DNA from: a virus
Direction: 5' to 3' (one strand)
Virus record (IMG/VR): IMGVR_UViG_3300034069_002149
Coordinates: 91,650-143,333 of that record
DNA: 51,684 nucleotides
This document shows, one piece after another, positions 27,761 through 36,316 of the stretch. The notes under the pieces are model-generated. The model did not search any database. It saw only the letters and a program-made list of their open reading frames with translations, and was not told the DNA's origin. How positions within the stretch are numbered: position 1 is the stretch's first letter; each line of letters begins with the position of its first letter. A program made the position numbers and the translations under genes.

Positions 27761-28351
27761 CTACTTAACATGCTTCCATGTCTTTCCCTTCCTCAAATAG
27801 GAAATTGTTGGAGCGCTAACTCCGTATTGTCTGGCGACTTCAGCGTGGCTTCTTTCGTCAACCCTTATATCTCTAACGTCCTGCTCAGTCAGCTTCGCCC
27901 AGATAGAAGCTTCTCCAAGAATGGGTTTATGGCGACCCCGATCCATCATGTCCTTTGTGTTCTGGTAAGCGGTTCCAGGAATGATGTGAGCCGGGTTCAC
28001 GCAAGGTGGATTATCGCAAGAATGCCTCATCAGGACACCTTGAGTGCCGCGCTTACCCTCTGTTTCTCCGTATGTAAGCTCGTGAGCGATGCTGTGCGCT
28101 GTGCGCTCCTGACCGTTCCAGCGGTATCTTCCGTGTCCGGATCTCTTGTGCTTCGCGCCAAGCCAGGGCCAGCACTCTCCAGGACCACGAATGTCAACGT
28201 TGCTCCAGAAATCGGCTGGCTTGCTTCTGCGATCTGCATCTCTGCAATGGCGGTCGCAGTAGTTCTTCTCAACGACGTCAGACGGTATCTGAAGCTTCTC
28301 CTTGCTGCACCATGCACAGAGAACCAGAACCCGTGGCGGATATTTTCTCAT
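27761..28351 (-). CDS. Free-standing HNH homing endonuclease in inverted orientation
   Basis: CAWC...YCDRHC, FWSNVD..GPGECWPW.G...AH...RHSCDNPPCVNPAH...GT..QN..DM, C-terminal HTH; probable start ATG 28351. Confidence 0.9.
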   Translation of the reverse strand: MRKYPPRVLVLCAWCSKEKLQIPSDVVEKNYCDRHCRDADRRSKPADFWSNVDIRGPGECWPWLGAKHKRSGHGRYRWNGQERTAHSIAHELTYGETEGKRGTQGVLMRHSCDNPPCVNPAHIIPGTAYQNTKDMMDRGRHKPILGEASIWAKLTEQDVRDIRVDERSHAEVARQYGVSAPTISYLRKGKTWKHVK

Positions 28352-28623
28352 GGCGTTTGCCCTGCCCTGATGTTTGCGCTTACCCGGCATTCCGGCTTCA
28401 AGCCCAACTTCACCGGCCTTCCTCAATCCGGGGGCCAGCCGGATCGGGCGCACTGGGAGCGGATTGCTGGTCCCGTGACAGGCTGCCGGGGGCCTGAAAG
28501 CGGGTGTCCAACCGTCCTGGAGGGCTTGATGAGCCAAGAGTGCCAAACCACCAAGCTCTCGTCAATAGCTAATTTGGCTACCGTTTCACTCGTTTGGCGC
28601 GAGCCTCTGAAATCCAACCGCTG

Positions 28624-28710
28624 TCCCCCGTGGGGGATATAGGGGGATCTTTCTTTCTGTTTAAGTTTAAGTTTAAGTGCTTAAGCTAAACCGAACCTAG
28701 AGCGAACCTA
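28624..28710. repeat. Cluster of short direct and inverted repeats
   Basis: TCCCCC-GT-GGGGGA palindrome, GGGGGAT x2 (10-bp period), GTTTAA x3, GCTTAAGC palindrome, CGAACCTA x2 (11-bp period). Confidence 0.75.
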
Positions 28711-28732
28711 CAGCTTTTTCACTTCTCAGAAA

Positions 28733-28745
28733 AATCAATCACTTA
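28733..28745 (+). promoter_or_regulatory. IHF consensus site
   Basis: AATCAATCACTTA matches WATCAANNNNTTR exactly, with A/T-rich flank. Confidence 0.6.
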
Positions 28746-28751
28746 GCGTTT

Positions 28752-28803
28752 CAAGTTTCGCAAATCTTCTGGAGAAAAACCTTCAGAGGATTTGCCAAAC
28801 TTG
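28752..28803. repeat. 23-bp imperfect inverted repeat
   Basis: CAAGTTTCGCAAATCTTCTGGAG / CTTCAGAGGATTTGCCAAACTTG, 6-nt loop. Confidence 0.8.
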
Positions 28804-28845
28804 CAGCGGTTTTGCGCCGCCTGACCCCCTAGCCAGGAAGTCCTG

Positions 28846-29640
28846 ATGTCAGAAATGTTCCCCGCAGCCTCCGTTGCGGCCATGGCGCATGCCGAAGCAG
28901 AGTATCCTAATGAGTGTGTTGGTGTGATTACGCTTGAGGGCGAGTACATCCCGCTCAAGAACGTTTCCCCGACCCCAACGGAAACCTTCTGCCTGTCCGA
29001 AGAGGACGATCTGGAATACGCCACACTCGATGATGACGGCAATCCCAAGGTCGCCGCCATCATTCACTCCGAGTGCTACGGCAAGAATGAGATTGAGGCA
29101 TCCCTGATCGGCCCGTCCAAGACCGACATGGAACAGCAGATCGCGACCAAATGCACCTGGGGCCTGATCGGGGTGATCAACCGGGTGGCGGAAGAGCCGA
29201 TCTACTGGGGTGACTTCGTGCTCGATACTCCGCTGCTGGGGCGCAAGTTCATCCCGCAGGTCACCGACTGCTGCAACGCGATCCTGAGCTTCTACTGGCA
29301 GGTCTACGGCATCAAACTGCCGGACTGCCCGAGAGACTGGAACTGGTGGCGCAACGGCGGAAACCTCTACGAGGACAACTTCGCCAAGGCCGGGTTCATC
29401 AAGATCGAGATGGACGAGGTGGCACCGGGAGATGTGGTGCTGGCGCAGTTGCGCTCTCCGGTCCCCAACCACGCCGTCATCGTCCTCGATGCCGGTCTGA
29501 TGTACCACCACCCGCAGCAGATGCTGAGCGTCCGGGAGCCTATCGGACGCTGGCGCACCTACGCCGTCCAGGCGCTGCGGCACTCCAGTTTCGACGGTCT
29601 GCCGCCCATTCCGCCCATCGAACTATCCAGCTACTTCTGA
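28846..29640 (+). CDS. Tail assembly protein, lambda gpK-like (JAB plus NlpC/P60)
   Basis: HA..EYPNECVG...HS....PS..D; LLGR.F....DC...HA.I......HH. Confidence 0.92.
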   Translation: MSEMFPAASVAAMAHAEAEYPNECVGVITLEGEYIPLKNVSPTPTETFCLSEEDDLEYATLDDDGNPKVAAIIHSECYGKNEIEASLIGPSKTDMEQQIATKCTWGLIGVINRVAEEPIYWGDFVLDTPLLGRKFIPQVTDCCNAILSFYWQVYGIKLPDCPRDWNWWRNGGNLYEDNFAKAGFIKIEMDEVAPGDVVLAQLRSPVPNHAVIVLDAGLMYHHPQQMLSVREPIGRWRTYAVQALRHSSFDGLPPIPPIELSSYF

Positions 29641-29650
29641 GGTCCTGATC

Positions 29651-30271
29651 ATGCCTCGCCGCGTATATCTCCATGGCAATCTCCGAGAAAAGTTTGGTGG
29701 TCCTTTCGAGTTCCACTGCGCCAACACGTCCGAGGCCGTGCGCCTGATCATTGCCAACTTTCCGGACTTCCCGGCTTTCGTCGCCAACGGCAGCTACCGC
29801 GTGATTGTCGGCTCCCGCAAGAAGGGGCGGCATCTCGATGAGACAGAGCTGCCCATGTGCTTCCCGGAGAAAGACTCGATCCACATCGTCCCGACCATCA
29901 GCGGCGCGAAAGGTGGTGGCGGCAAGATCATCATCGGCGTGGCCCTGCTGGCGGTCGCCGCCGTGGCAACCGGTGGCTTCGCGCTGGGGGCGGGTGGAAC
30001 GGCGCTGGGTATCGGTGCGTCAGGCTGGGGATCTGTCGCCATGATCGGTGCCTCCATGGCTCTGAGCGGCATCGCGATGCTGCTGACGCCAACACCGAAG
30101 TCTCCCAGCCTCACTCAGAACGAGAGACCGGAGGACCGGCCAAGCTTCTTGCTGGGTGGTGCGGTCAATCTGGTCGAGCAGGGCCATCCCGTCCCGATCT
30201 GCGGCGGCAGGAACATCCTGGGCGGCATCGTGATCAGTGCTGGCATCTCCATCGAGAAAATTCCCCTATGA
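29651..30271 (+). CDS. Tail assembly protein, lambda gpI-like
   Basis: V.LHG.L..KFG...IHIVP.ISGA.GG.KII.G..L...N...QGHPVP. Confidence 0.92.
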   Translation: MPRRVYLHGNLREKFGGPFEFHCANTSEAVRLIIANFPDFPAFVANGSYRVIVGSRKKGRHLDETELPMCFPEKDSIHIVPTISGAKGGGGKIIIGVALLAVAAVATGGFALGAGGTALGIGASGWGSVAMIGASMALSGIAMLLTPTPKSPSLTQNERPEDRPSFLLGGAVNLVEQGHPVPICGGRNILGGIVISAGISIEKIPL

Positions 30272-33200
30272 CCGAGTTGAACGAACCCAAGGCCGGTGAA
30301 CTCTATGTGACCAAGCTGCCGAAGGCCGGTAAGCGAGTCCATGGGGCCAAGGGCGGGGATGCGCCGAAGTCACCGCCGCCTCCGGTGGAAGATCCCAACT
30401 CGCTCCAGAGCCGTGCCACGGGCCGGGTGCTCTATGCCCTAGGTGAGGGGCCGTTCCAGGGGATCGTCGGCGGTTATGCTGAAGGTGCCAAAAACATCTT
30501 CCTTAACGACACGCCGCTGATGAACAAGGACGGCACCCTGAACTTTCAGGGTGTGACATGGGATTACCGGGTCGGCACGCCGGACCAGTCCTGGATTCCT
30601 GGTTTTCCCGCCGTCGAGAACACCCACTCCGGCGATGTCGGCCTGCCGGTCGAGATCAAGCGGTCCAGTCCGGCCATCCGGTCGATCACCAACACCAACG
30701 CCAACGCCATCCGGGTCGTCATCTCGACACCGGGCATGGTGGATCAGAACGTCAAGACCGGCGACGCCAAAGGCACCCGGCTGGACTTCGTGATCCGCAT
30801 CCGGCGTCAGGGCCGCTCCTTCTGGGAAGCTGAGTATCCGATTGCCATCATCGGCAAGACGGTCAGCACCTACGAGGAACAGTACCGCCTGGGCTTGCCG
30901 GGGGACGGTCCATGGGACGTCATGGTCGAGCGTGTCACGCCTGACAGCGACCGTTCCAGCCTCGCCAACGGCATGTCCTGGAGTTCCTACACCGAGATCA
31001 TCGACCGCAAGCTCCGCTATCCCAACACCGCCCTGCTGGCGCTGACATTCGACGCCAAGCTGTTCGGCAGCAGCATGCCGACCGTGACCAGCCGGTGGGA
31101 CACCTGGGTGGTCAAGGTGCCGTCGAACTACGATCCCGTCAGCCGCACCTACAACGGGGTGTGGAACGGGGCTTGGAAGATGGCATACACCTCAAACCCA
31201 GCCTATCTCTTCCGTGCCCTGCTGACCCACCGCGCCGGGTGCGATCTGCCTGAGAGCGCGGTCGATAGCGGTGCCATCTACGCCTGCGGCAGATACTGCG
31301 ACGAACTGGTTCCCAGCGGCCTGAAGAACAACTCTGGCGGCGACATCATGGAGCCGCGCTTCGAGTGTCACTTCGTCCACAACACCCGCCAGGAAGCCTT
31401 CGCCATCATCAACGCGCTGGCCTCCAGCTTCCGCGCGATGGCCTACTGGGCAGCCGGAGCCGTGACCGTGGTGGCGGACGCTCCCAGAGATCCCCTGTTC
31501 GCTGTCAACGCCAGCCAGACCATCGGCGGTTTCTCCTTCAGCGGTCCCGCCGTGCGCGCGATCAAGACCGTCGCGATGGTCAGCTTCCTCAATCCGGATG
31601 ATCTCGATAAGCCGGACATGGAAGTCTACGAAGACTTCGATCTCATTAAAAAATATGGCTGGAACCCGGAAAGCATAACGGCCTTCGCCTGTAAGAGCCG
31701 GGGTCAGGCGAAACGCCTTGGTAAGTGGTTCATCGAGGTTGGCAAATTAGGTGATACTCTTTCGTATAAGGCGAGCATAGACCACCTGCACGCCCAACCC
31801 GGCGACGTCATTGTCATGACGGAGCGCAGCGTCGTCGGTGCGGACCTGGGTGGACGTGTTGTCGGCGGCGGTACCACCACGGTTGCGCTCGACCGGGACG
31901 TCAAGATCGAGACCGGCAAGGGCTACACCCTGCACGTCACCCTGCCGGATGGCAGTGTAGCGCAGCGCAGGATCGTCACGGCGGCGGGAACTACCCGCAA
32001 CCTGACCTACGACAAGCCGCTGCCCGTCCCTCCCAACCCGGAAGCTACCTGGGTCCTGGAAGTTAGCGATCTGAGACCGCGCCAGTTCCGCGTGATGGCG
32101 GTCTCCGATGATGGGGATCTGGAATATAGCATTGCGGCGGTGCCCTACGACCCGACCATCTACGCCAGGGTTGAGCGCGGCATCAATGTCAAGCTGCCAC
32201 CCGTCGCCAAGCTTCCCAATCCCGGTATTGTCCAGCCTCCCGAGAACGTCCGGGTGGACCGGCAATACGTCAGCACGTCGAGCGGCTTCACGACGGCTCT
32301 GCAACTGTCCTGGGACCCCAGTCCAGACGCTTATATCAAGAACTACACGATCCGCTGGCGGCGGGATAACGGCAACTTCCAGAGCCAGACGGACATCTCC
32401 GGAGCCACCCATACCATCTACGGTGAGACGACCGGCAACTTCACCTTCCATATCCAAGCCGTCAACATCGCGGGCGTGGAAAGCCGTCCGGCGATCCTCA
32501 ACATCTTCATCCCGGATAACAGCCCGATCACCCTGATCCGGCCAACCGGTCTTGAAATTGAAAACCAAGGTAACGACCACAACTTTAAGGGGCGTGACCC
32601 CGTCTTCGTCTGGCGCGGAACCGGTCTCAGCGGTGCCTACGACATCGGTGCGGAACCGGCTGTCGGCGCTGGCTTCCTGGACAGCGTCTTCCGTGACTAC
32701 GAAATCCGCGTCTACAACATGCGGAACGCCCTCGTCTTCGTGGACCACACCCCGATCAACCGCTACGAGTTCTCCTTCGACGTCAACAGTCAGGTGACGG
32801 GCGGGCCGCACCGGGCCTTCCGGTTCGAGGTGTTGATGAGAGACAGGTGGGGAAATTACTCCCTGCCCGCGTCCATCGATGTCCAGAACCCCGCTCCGGC
32901 TGCGGTGACCGGCCTGGAGGTGATCGGCGGCTACGGCTCCATCTTCGTCAAGTTCAACGAGCCAACGGATCTCGATTGGGCAGGAACGCTGGTCTACATG
33001 AGCGAGACCAGCGGTGTTGCGGCTGGATCTGCGACCGTGGCGTATGACGGGCCAAACCGGTTCGTCGTGCTCCAGGTGCCGCCCAATGTGGACCGGTATA
33101 TCCAGGTCGCCGCATACGATAGCTTCGGCAAGACCGATCTAAACCTCTCCGCAGAGGTCAAGGTCAGGTCTGTTGGCGTCGAGCCGCTGGACTTCCTGCC

Positions 33201-35298
33201 GCCTGCGGTGCCGACCGGTCTTTCTCTGAAGGACAGCGTCAAGACGGCGGAGGACGGCACCAAGTTCTATGAACTGGAAGCTACCTGGACCGCCAACACG
33301 GAGGAGGACTTCCGGACCTACGCCGTCGAGATCGCGGAGGAAGACGGCAATTTCCTGCACTACGAGACCAATACCAACCGTCATACCTGGATCGTCCAGG
33401 CCGGTGTGCGCTACCGCGTGCGCCTTGCCGCCTACGACAAGCTCTCCAACGTCTCGACCTTCAGCGCGGAGATCACCCACACCGTTTCTGCGGATGACAC
33501 GCCGCCCGCAGCCCCTACAGAACTCAATCTCACCGCCACCTTCAAATCGATCTGGCTCAAATGGCCTCAGCATCCAGACGCCGACTTCTCTCACATGGAG
33601 GTTCATGAGGCGACGACAGACGACAGATCCCAGGCCGTTTTCATCGCCAACGCACCGGGAACCACGTTCGTTCGGGAAGGTCTTGAGGGCGGCAAGCAGG
33701 TTTACTACTGGATCAGGGCGGTTGACCGCTCCCGCAACAAGAGCACCTTCTTCCCGAGCACGCTGACGGGCGGTGTAACCGGGCGCACCAAGAAAGTTGA
33801 GGAAGCTGATTACCAGGAACTCAGCATCACCAACGCGGTGATCGCCAACGGTGCGATTGATGATGCCAAGATCCTGAGTCTCGACGCCAAGAAGATCACC
33901 GCTGGAAGCATCCTCTCCGGAGAGGTGATTATTGGCGGAACAGGCCAGACTCTGACTTCAGCCACGCAAGGCATGACAGATCCGGCAGCGGTGATCAATC
34001 GCGGCACCACCCAGATCCTCCCCGGCAAGATCATCCTGTCTGGCGGCACGAGCTTGCAGAGCCTGCTGTACGGTCCAGACCAGACGAAGATCGAGGGTGG
34101 TACCATTGCAACCGGAACGATTAGTGCTGATAAGCTGATCGTTGGTTTGCGCGGTGTCGAGCTAATCGGTATCGAGTTTACCCCGATAAAGGAACAGAAC
34201 CGTGTCGTCTGGACGGCGGGTGTCATCAACTATCCGGGGCCAACCCCTGGACAACACGCAGCGGAAGGCATCCAGGCAGGCAGTTGGACGTGGACCGGCG
34301 GCATCAACTACATCTACTGGCACGTCGGATTGGGCCTGATCGGCGGAACATCTGACCCGAACATAACAACCTATAGCGATATCGTGGTTCTAGGCACCTA
34401 TATCGGTGGTGCCGCGCTCAAGATGTCATACGCCAGAACGGTGATCGATGGCTCGACAATCCGGACAGGGACCATCCACGCAGACCGCATCCAGGCTGGA
34501 ACCATCAGCTCCAACGAATTGTCTACGGGTCGCCTCATCACCGCAGCGGCACAGATCGACAGCGGTGTGATCAATACGGCTCACATTAACTCCGCCACAA
34601 TTCTCAATGCCTACGTCACAGAACTCTCGGCAGACCGTATTACCGGAGGCCGGATCAACGCCAAGTACATTGAGGTTGGAGACTCCCGTGATGGAGGCGG
34701 CTGGATCGCCATCAACGCCAGTAACGGCTTTCGTCATATCGCCTACCATGACCAGCGCGGCACTCAGCGCGTCCTGATCGGCCGTCCGTGGCAAACCCCT
34801 GACATCATCCGCGATGGTCTCTATGTCCGGGACCAAAACGGCAAGGATATCCTGACCGCGACCGGCCTCGGCGTTCAGATCGCGGACGAAAACCAGTTGC
34901 GCGGCGGCTCAACAAGCAATGTTCACTCTTTTCCTGGAGCACTTGATATCGGCTTCTGGTCAGCCCCAAGCACGCACGGAATTCCAAATAGAACGGTCTG
35001 GAACCTGAGTATGGTGGGAACGGCTCCGGGTTATATGACCCAATTCATTTACTTTCGTTTCGTTATTAACGGTAACATTGTCGGAGCACAGTGGAATAGA
35101 GAGGACCCAGTTCCTCAGAGCGTTGTTGTGGATATCCCCCAGAATCAATGGACTACAGCAACAATACAAGGATACCAGATTTACGCGGACGGATCTCAGA
35201 GGTGGGAAGCTTACAACGTCACCCCCTTCGGCGCTCATGCTTGGCATCCCGATCTGCGCGCCAGGACCAGATGGACCATCCTTGAGTTAAAAAGATGA
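30268..35298 (+). CDS. Central tail fibre/tip attachment protein, lambda gpJ-like, 1676 aa
   Basis: ATGA overlap with gpI; LGEGP..G, IFLNDTP, YPNTAL, SNPA, YCDELVP, EPRF, multiple FN3 domains. Confidence 0.95.
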   Translation: MTELNEPKAGELYVTKLPKAGKRVHGAKGGDAPKSPPPPVEDPNSLQSRATGRVLYALGEGPFQGIVGGYAEGAKNIFLNDTPLMNKDGTLNFQGVTWDYRVGTPDQSWIPGFPAVENTHSGDVGLPVEIKRSSPAIRSITNTNANAIRVVISTPGMVDQNVKTGDAKGTRLDFVIRIRRQGRSFWEAEYPIAIIGKTVSTYEEQYRLGLPGDGPWDVMVERVTPDSDRSSLANGMSWSSYTEIIDRKLRYPNTALLALTFDAKLFGSSMPTVTSRWDTWVVKVPSNYDPVSRTYNGVWNGAWKMAYTSNPAYLFRALLTHRAGCDLPESAVDSGAIYACGRYCDELVPSGLKNNSGGDIMEPRFECHFVHNTRQEAFAIINALASSFRAMAYWAAGAVTVVADAPRDPLFAVNASQTIGGFSFSGPAVRAIKTVAMVSFLNPDDLDKPDMEVYEDFDLIKKYGWNPESITAFACKSRGQAKRLGKWFIEVGKLGDTLSYKASIDHLHAQPGDVIVMTERSVVGADLGGRVVGGGTTTVALDRDVKIETGKGYTLHVTLPDGSVAQRRIVTAAGTTRNLTYDKPLPVPPNPEATWVLEVSDLRPRQFRVMAVSDDGDLEYSIAAVPYDPTIYARVERGINVKLPPVAKLPNPGIVQPPENVRVDRQYVSTSSGFTTALQLSWDPSPDAYIKNYTIRWRRDNGNFQSQTDISGATHTIYGETTGNFTFHIQAVNIAGVESRPAILNIFIPDNSPITLIRPTGLEIENQGNDHNFKGRDPVFVWRGTGLSGAYDIGAEPAVGAGFLDSVFRDYEIRVYNMRNALVFVDHTPINRYEFSFDVNSQVTGGPHRAFRFEVLMRDRWGNYSLPASIDVQNPAPAAVTGLEVIGGYGSIFVKFNEPTDLDWAGTLVYMSETSGVAAGSATVAYDGPNRFVVLQVPPNVDRYIQVAAYDSFGKTDLNLSAEVKVRSVGVEPLDFLPPAVPTGLSLKDSVKTAEDGTKFYELEATWTANTEEDFRTYAVEIAEEDGNFLHYETNTNRHTWIVQAGVRYRVRLAAYDKLSNVSTFSAEITHTVSADDTPPAAPTELNLTATFKSIWLKWPQHPDADFSHMEVHEATTDDRSQAVFIANAPGTTFVREGLEGGKQVYYWIRAVDRSRNKSTFFPSTLTGGVTGRTKKVEEADYQELSITNAVIANGAIDDAKILSLDAKKITAGSILSGEVIIGGTGQTLTSATQGMTDPAAVINRGTTQILPGKIILSGGTSLQSLLYGPDQTKIEGGTIATGTISADKLIVGLRGVELIGIEFTPIKEQNRVVWTAGVINYPGPTPGQHAAEGIQAGSWTWTGGINYIYWHVGLGLIGGTSDPNITTYSDIVVLGTYIGGAALKMSYARTVIDGSTIRTGTIHADRIQAGTISSNELSTGRLITAAAQIDSGVINTAHINSATILNAYVTELSADRITGGRINAKYIEVGDSRDGGGWIAINASNGFRHIAYHDQRGTQRVLIGRPWQTPDIIRDGLYVRDQNGKDILTATGLGVQIADENQLRGGSTSNVHSFPGALDIGFWSAPSTHGIPNRTVWNLSMVGTAPGYMTQFIYFRFVINGNIVGAQWNREDPVPQSVVVDIPQNQWTTATIQGYQIYADGSQRWEAYNVTPFGAHAWHPDLRARTRWTILELKR

Positions 35299-35816
35299 TC
35301 ACAGACGTCACGATTTACAGAAAAGACACTGGGGAAATCGTCCAGTCCTCAAGCTTCATGTGTCCCGACGATCCGGAATTGATCCGTCTCAATGTCAAGG
35401 GCAGGCTCGATGTCTTCGGTGCAGAAACACATGCCTCTCTTCTGGTCCAATCAGATCCGACCCTTCACTATGTCGCGATGATGGGAGATGAGTCTGTCCT
35501 GATCGACAGACCGTCCATTCCCTATCATACGGACAAGACCGTGATCTTTGCCGGAGGCTCCGACATCGCCACGATAACTGGTCTTCATGATCCCTGTGAC
35601 ATCGTGATCGATGATCCAGATCCCCTGGTGGAAACCACAACGACAACGGTTGCCGGAGGCAGTTTCGAGTTTGCGGCGGAGAATGCCGGGATCTACACGA
35701 TCCAGATCAGTAAATTCCCGTTTCTGCTGATGACTCTGCAAATCATCGCCGTCAACCCGGAAGCTCCCAGCACGGCCAGCTTCACCTCAGACTTCTCCTA
35801 CGAGTTCGGTGTATGA
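35295..35816 (+). CDS. Tail tip accessory protein with C-terminal FTSDFSYEF tag
   Basis: ATGA coupling to gpJ; TIY...TGEI start; C-terminal Ig-like segment. Confidence 0.7.
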   Translation: MITDVTIYRKDTGEIVQSSSFMCPDDPELIRLNVKGRLDVFGAETHASLLVQSDPTLHYVAMMGDESVLIDRPSIPYHTDKTVIFAGGSDIATITGLHDPCDIVIDDPDPLVETTTTTVAGGSFEFAAENAGIYTIQISKFPFLLMTLQIIAVNPEAPSTASFTSDFSYEFGV

Positions 35817-36283
35817 TCAGGATTACCGCCAGCAAGAACCTCCCTCTCCTGAGATACAGAGGGACGGAGGCGGTCGATCAAGCCGCGAGCGAGGTGCGCG
35901 CCCGCTTCGCCACGGCAACCAAGCATCAGATCTACGCGGACAAGCGGAACGAGGCTGAACGCTTCCTGACGGCAGTCGAGAGCGGCACGGAGCCGGATGC
36001 CTCACAGTATCCCTACCTGTCGGCGGAAACCGGTCTGAGCGCCGCCACCATGCTGGATCTCGCCTACATGTGGCTTGCCATGGATGCCGCCTGGAAAGGC
36101 GTTGCCGCCCTGATCGAGCAAATCACCATAGACGCCAAGATCAGGATCAGCGAGGCGAATGACGAAGCCGCCATTTCCAGCATAGCGGCGGAGACCAGGA
36201 GCACCCTTGAGGCGCTTGGGCAGAAGCCCCCGTCCCCGCCTAATCGCACACCCATTTTCCCGCCGTCCTATATCCGCGCCTGA
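35813..36283 (+). CDS. Helical tail-fibre-associated/assembly protein
   Basis: VD.AA...RARFAT....IY..K..EA......YPYL.AE pattern; ATGA coupling. Confidence 0.65.
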   Translation: MIRITASKNLPLLRYRGTEAVDQAASEVRARFATATKHQIYADKRNEAERFLTAVESGTEPDASQYPYLSAETGLSAATMLDLAYMWLAMDAAWKGVAALIEQITIDAKIRISEANDEAAISSIAAETRSTLEALGQKPPSPPNRTPIFPPSYIRA

Positions 36284-36316
36284 GCGCGGCTTCCCTACTT
36301 CTGGAGCCTTTAGACC

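Noticed and set aside
27752-28642. 296-aa + strand ORF spanning the gpL-gpK gap
   Set aside because: Antisense shadow of the HNH gene; TTG start, no recognisable motifs
28659-28690. CtrA box (TTAA-N7-TTAA)
   Set aside because: TTAA units start at 28661, 28667, 28673 and 28681; none are 11 bp apart
18329-28845. Group I introns or inteins housing the HNH genes
   Set aside because: Both HNH ORFs lie between complete genes; flanking genes are not interrupted
29857-30267. 137-aa N-terminal extension of gpJ in the ORF track
   Set aside because: Overlaps gpI in another frame; ATGA coupling at 30268 is the natural start
22585-32811. Long minus-strand ORFs (e.g. 22585-23394, 24095-25219, 31747-32811)
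   Set aside because: Antisense shadows of GC3-rich TMP and gpJ genes, with no protein-like features
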